Shown piece after piece: positions 59,944-64,000 of a stretch of 64,000 nt of DNA. Made by a program: the position numbers and the translations under genes. Positions within the stretch are counted from its first letter, which is position 1, and each line of letters begins with the position of its first letter. Source of the DNA: Minutocellus sp. GHC0000111 (taxonomy: Eukaryota); contig OZ361259.1 in NCBI GenBank assembly GCA_977018835.1, forward strand, positions 3,162,001 through 3,226,000, read 5' to 3'. The notes beneath the pieces are model-generated. The model ran no database searches. It was given only the letters and a program-made list of their open reading frames with translations, and was not told the DNA's origin.

Positions 59944-62377
59944 TTACACCCCATACTTGGCTCTGTAGTCTGAAACGCTCGCAAGAACATCGTCTGAATA
60001 ATCAGGACTCTTCTTGAGGAATCCCTGAAGCTGTGGAAGAGATACAATCGACACAACAGGAATGGCCAAGTCTCTTGCGACGGCCTGAACAGCGGAGACC
60101 GGATCATCGAGAGACCTCTTTTCGGCTCTGTCCAAGGCAATGACAACACCGACGGGCTTGGCACCTATCTTTTCGAGCATGGTGTGTGAGCCGCGGATGG
60201 CAGTGCCGGCGGTGATCACATCATCAATAACAAGAACACGTTTGCCTTCCATGGATGCGCCCACAAGCTTTCCTCCCTCTCCATGATCTTTGGCTTCTTT
60301 CCGGTCATATGCAAACCCAACATTGACACCAAAATCACTGTAGAGAGCGGCACAAACCAGTGCACCGAGAGAGATTCCCTTGTAGGCAGGTCCGAATACC
60401 ACATCGAACGCTACTATTCCATCTCCCTCGGTCCTGAAACGGAAAAGGAAAACAAAGGTCGAACTAGTATTGTCAGGGAAAAACCATTGGGCAACTAAAG
60501 CATTCATAGATATTAAGGCCAGCTGAAGCAAAGCGACCTGGTCTCAGAAAGTATAGTAATCAGCGTTTGGTGTTTGACCGGCATCTCCCCCGAAGGGGAT
60601 AAGGTGAAAGTAGACCTGTTGTATCATCCCTGACCGAAATCGCTTTGCATGGCATCCAATCAAAATGCATCAAAATGCAAAACAATAATGTCTCTGTTCG
60701 CTTATTTGGGGTCAGTGCACTTGAATTTTGAGTTCATCGCCACTCACGTGGGGGCGGATCAATAACACGGACCAAGTGGACAACTCATCATCCCCCAGCG
60801 AAACAAAGTTTACTTGAAAAACTGTCTCCGACAAACAAACGAAATATAACTTACAATTCCTTTGCCGACATGATGGCAGATGCATATGCCTTGCCCAGCT
60901 TGTACATTGCACCGCCCGACGCAAATAGGCCGGCATTGAAAAAGTACGGAGAAGTTCGGCCCGATTTGAGGACAAACGATCCAAACTTGAGCACCCCCTC
61001 GGCCAAGCTGAATTTAAGGAATTCCTTTTGATACGGGGCAACGCTAACTTCGTCATCAGACCCGCCAGCGGAAGCTGACGCTGACTTGGCAGCAATCACA
61101 GCCTCTCGTGCGGCATTGATACCCTCTTTCAGCTCTTGTGCTGCCTTGGACTTGTCCTCGGCTCGGCTGATTCCACGAGATACAGGAATGAGCATGCCGG
61201 TACCAGCCTCATTGAGGCCAGCACGACAGGCGGCGTCGAGATCGCCGCCCTGTGCACCAACGCCGGGGGAGAGGAGCCAAACGTTGGGTCCAGCGGCCTT
61301 GCGGGCATTCGCCAGGGCGACGGGGTCGGTGGCGCCAACGACAAGTCCGAGTCGAGGAGGTTCAGACGAATCGGATCCTGGTGATTCTGCCGCGGCCTTT
61401 TGTGACCATTCGTTGGCAAGTCCGGCAATCTTTTCATAAACAGTTTGGTTGGATGATAAGGACAGGGCGAGGATATCGTTTGATCCGGGGTTGGACGTTT
61501 TGCACAGCACAAAGGCTCCTCTGTCGGCGTATTTTCCTGGAGATGTGATTAGATAAGATGATTGATTAATGGGCAGAGTCAGTAAAAATATTGATGACAA
61601 TACTGGCGTTTCGTCCAACTTCATACGTCCTAGGCGTATAAGAAATGCTCATTCGACATGAAGGTACACACCGGTAACAAAGGGCTGAACGGAGTCCCAA
61701 CCCATGAGAGGACTGAGAGTAACCCCATCGGCACTCAGACCCTCCTCGCGCTCGTAGCAGGCCTCCGCATAGGCCTGAGCCGTGGAACCAATATCGCCCC
61801 GCTTCACATCGAGCAGCACCGGGATATCGTCGGGGATCGATTTGATCACCTTGCGTAGACAGGCGGCACCAAGATTCGGACCGAGGGCCTCGAAGAATGC
61901 AGCGTTGGGCTTGTAGGCTGCCGCGTGGGGTGCTGGTTTGATAGATAAACAACAAAAAAGAAGGAGGAATGACATCCATGTGAGAAATATTTGTAGAAAC
62001 ACACTAACCTGTATTTGCCGTAGTAATTCTTTTGGGAGTAACAGCCAGGTTATTGCTAAAGATTCGCACCATTTCAAAACATGAGCACGCAGCTCTACCC
62101 ACACGAAGGGTCGAAGGACAGTTCTCTTTTATTTTATGCATTCACAAATACACTCAGTCAACAAATCACACACAAAGAACTCACCAGTAGTATCAATGAT
62201 GGCCTTGCAAAATTCAAAGGCCTTGTCGCATTTCTCCTGCTCGGTCGGTTCCCGTTCTCTTTTGCCATTTTCATTGGCCATCTCGGGAAATAGCTCCTTG
62301 ATGTGCGGGTCGAGGCCGACGCACAGATGAGAGTCGATGGCGGCGACGCGCTTCTCCAGCTTGGCGAAGAAGGACAT
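59944..62377 (-). CDS. UMPS: Bifunctional UMP synthase (OMP decarboxylase N-terminal, orotate PRTase C-terminal)
   Basis: Exons 62377-62185, 61932-61672, 61536-60855 and 60433-59944 splice in frame. Motifs [55 protein letters not shown]. Confidence 0.92.
60540..60635 (-). ncRNA. Candidate intronic box C/D RNA
   Basis: ggtc/gacc terminal stem, degenerate C box ATGATAC, internal tcccc-TTCG-gggga hairpin, internal CTGA and terminal CTGA. Confidence 0.45.
60708..60796 (-). ncRNA. Intronic box C/D snoRNA, U18/snR18-like
   Basis: gggg-ATGATGA...CTGA-cccc; 13-nt guide CTTGGTCCGTGTT before D' (TTGA) is complementary to conserved LSU rRNA AACACGGACCAAG; C'-like GCGATGA. Confidence 0.85.
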
Positions 62378-63071
62378 TTTCTTATTGGGCGTGGATATGA
62401 AATTGGATGTGCAAGTTTGATCGTCGGTTGAGCTGTCGCTTTTGCACTGCCGAGGAGTAAAGGGGAGGAAGCCACAAGTGGAAAAATGAGGCGAAGTGGA
62501 CGGCTGAGAATGGAGATGATACGCACAAAGGCCAGACGACATTTACCGCAACGAGCGGGCGAAAGGCGAACGGGGCGAAACGAGCACATTGGCAACATGA
62601 TGTGGTCAAAAGTCCAGTGGATCGTACTGCCTCATTGGCACTCACCTTATTTATCTCCTCCCGTGGTGCGACCGAGACGAGCAAAAGAAGAATGAGCAGA
62701 GATACCGCGCGTATCATGGAGCGAGTAAAAATGGGAGCAAACCTGCATATCAAGCACTCCCAAATTTTATTTTTTTTGTGGGAAGTGTTCATAAATGTTG
62801 TATTGTAGGTAGTGCAATCAAATCCGAGACAAATGTGGCAATCGCTGAGAGGATCTGAGATTCGGACAATGAGCGATGAGCAGGAAGTTGCGTACCACTC
62901 TTCACTCGTCGTTATTCATAACACCGAACGAACGACGTTGGTGCCAAAAGACCCTAGAGGAGTGAAAGGTCATGATTCCAAATACTTTGTGAGAAGCATT
63001 ATTAGTTGCACAATTAGCTAGCTACGTAGTTGCGATTCCCCGGTGTTGCAGAGCAATCGATCAAAAGAAAA

Positions 63072-64000
63072 ATGCCAACAATATCGTCCCGGTTGCTCGT
63101 TTGTTCTACAGTCGCCTCGCTGTTGCTGTGTTGCCTCAGCATCGTTGTTTTGGTGCAGACCTCCTTCAACACGAGCAACATTTTGTCGGCGCAATGGAAC
63201 GTACAAGAAATTTCTTCTGAGAGACATCTTGCATCGGCATCTTTGGGATCCAATTCTTCCAGCTCGTGGCCAATCAATGGATTGGTTTGATAAAGAGCGC
63301 TGGCTGGCAACCGTGTCGCAATTGAATTGTTTCTACGTCGAAAATATCTGCCATGGGGCTCGGCAGTATTTTTATGACAAGAGTTTCGGCGGCAAAGACG
63401 TGCAACAGCCACGATGGAAGATCGATCGGTCTACAAATGCGAAGCAAAAATATTTTTACAATAGTCCAGGGCATTCCATTAGTATTGGGGTGGAAGAGAT
63501 GGCAGGCCAGGAACAAAGCTGCTTCTACTCGCCGATTGAAAACCACATTGTTCTGCATGGTTCCCATAATGGTATGCTTGGGGAGTTTTATGCCCGAGTG
63601 TTACCTGGACTCAAGCATATGATGGAAACTCTCGCACCAGGTGAAGATCAACGCAGGTGGCAAGAAGGAACTCAGCTGTACTTGGACGCGTGGAAATCGC
63701 TTCCATATTTCCATTATGGGCAACCTACTTGACAGCCACCATTTGTTTCTGAGACCCTTTACATCAAATCCCGTCCTTCAGCTTCGCTCGTTACAAGAAA
63801 ATACTGGATGCTCTTGTATCAAACGCCTTTTCTTTTGTGGATATGAGAAAGTTAACAAGACCGATAGTGCACCAATATATAGACCAGGTACTGGCATCAT
63901 GGACGATCGATTCATGGACAAAGACGTCTCGTGGAGGGATTTGCGTGACTTTATAAGAAACACCACAATATCAAATGATCCGAAAGTTCAACAGATCATC
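63072..64000 (+). pseudogene. Type II membrane protein, possibly glycosyltransferase-like; frameshifted and 3'-partial
   Basis: N-terminal TM anchor, then a frame change to CFYVENIC...HNGMLGEFYARVL; a further break near 63700. Confidence 0.35.

Noticed and set aside
61933..62184. H/ACA snoRNA in UMPS intron 1 (aacctg/caggtt stem, ACA near the 3' end)
   Set aside because: No convincing ANANNA hinge box or pseudouridylation pocket by eye.
1..64000. CRISPR array, tRNA or rRNA genes, prokaryotic operons
   Set aside because: No regularly spaced repeats or cloverleaf/rRNA-length matches seen; the 13-nt LSU match at ~60763-60775 is the snoRNA guide; gene structure is eukaryotic.

Overview
Eukaryotic nuclear DNA, most likely from a diatom. 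Support: short GT-AG introns, frustulin-type CxGDCD repeats, an ASAF-type plastid-targeting motif and an OMPDC-OPRT-ordered UMP synthase. About 25 genes or gene remnants are recognisable, including RRP46, a TLC protein, a multi-PAS pseudogene, two chimeric RING/Tudor paralogues, GT92, a frustulin-carbonic anhydrase fusion, a YeeE fragment, GPKOW, an AlkB-like gene, three ankyrin paralogues, PRP3, a SUN protein, an ARM protein, MZT1, an ArsH-rhodanese fusion, YidD, a kinesin, a fucosyltransferase-like gene, a zinc-finger-repeat/RING gene and UMPS. Three internally deleted DNA transposons are present (Chapaev/Transib-like, Crypton-like, Kolobok-like). Most notable: (1) near-total TpA loss with apparent Tyr->Cys/His changes in a transposon remnant, suggesting repeat-targeted TA->TG/CA hypermutation; (2) ArsH fused to a rhodanese domain with an N-terminal CC-pair extension; (3) a frustulin-tethered alpha-CA lacking all three Zn ligands; (4) a U18-like box C/D snoRNA and a second candidate in a UMPS intron; (5) roughly half of the genes carry frameshifts, stops or deletions, from real decay and/or assembly error. 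All family calls come from motif recognition by eye; no searches were run.
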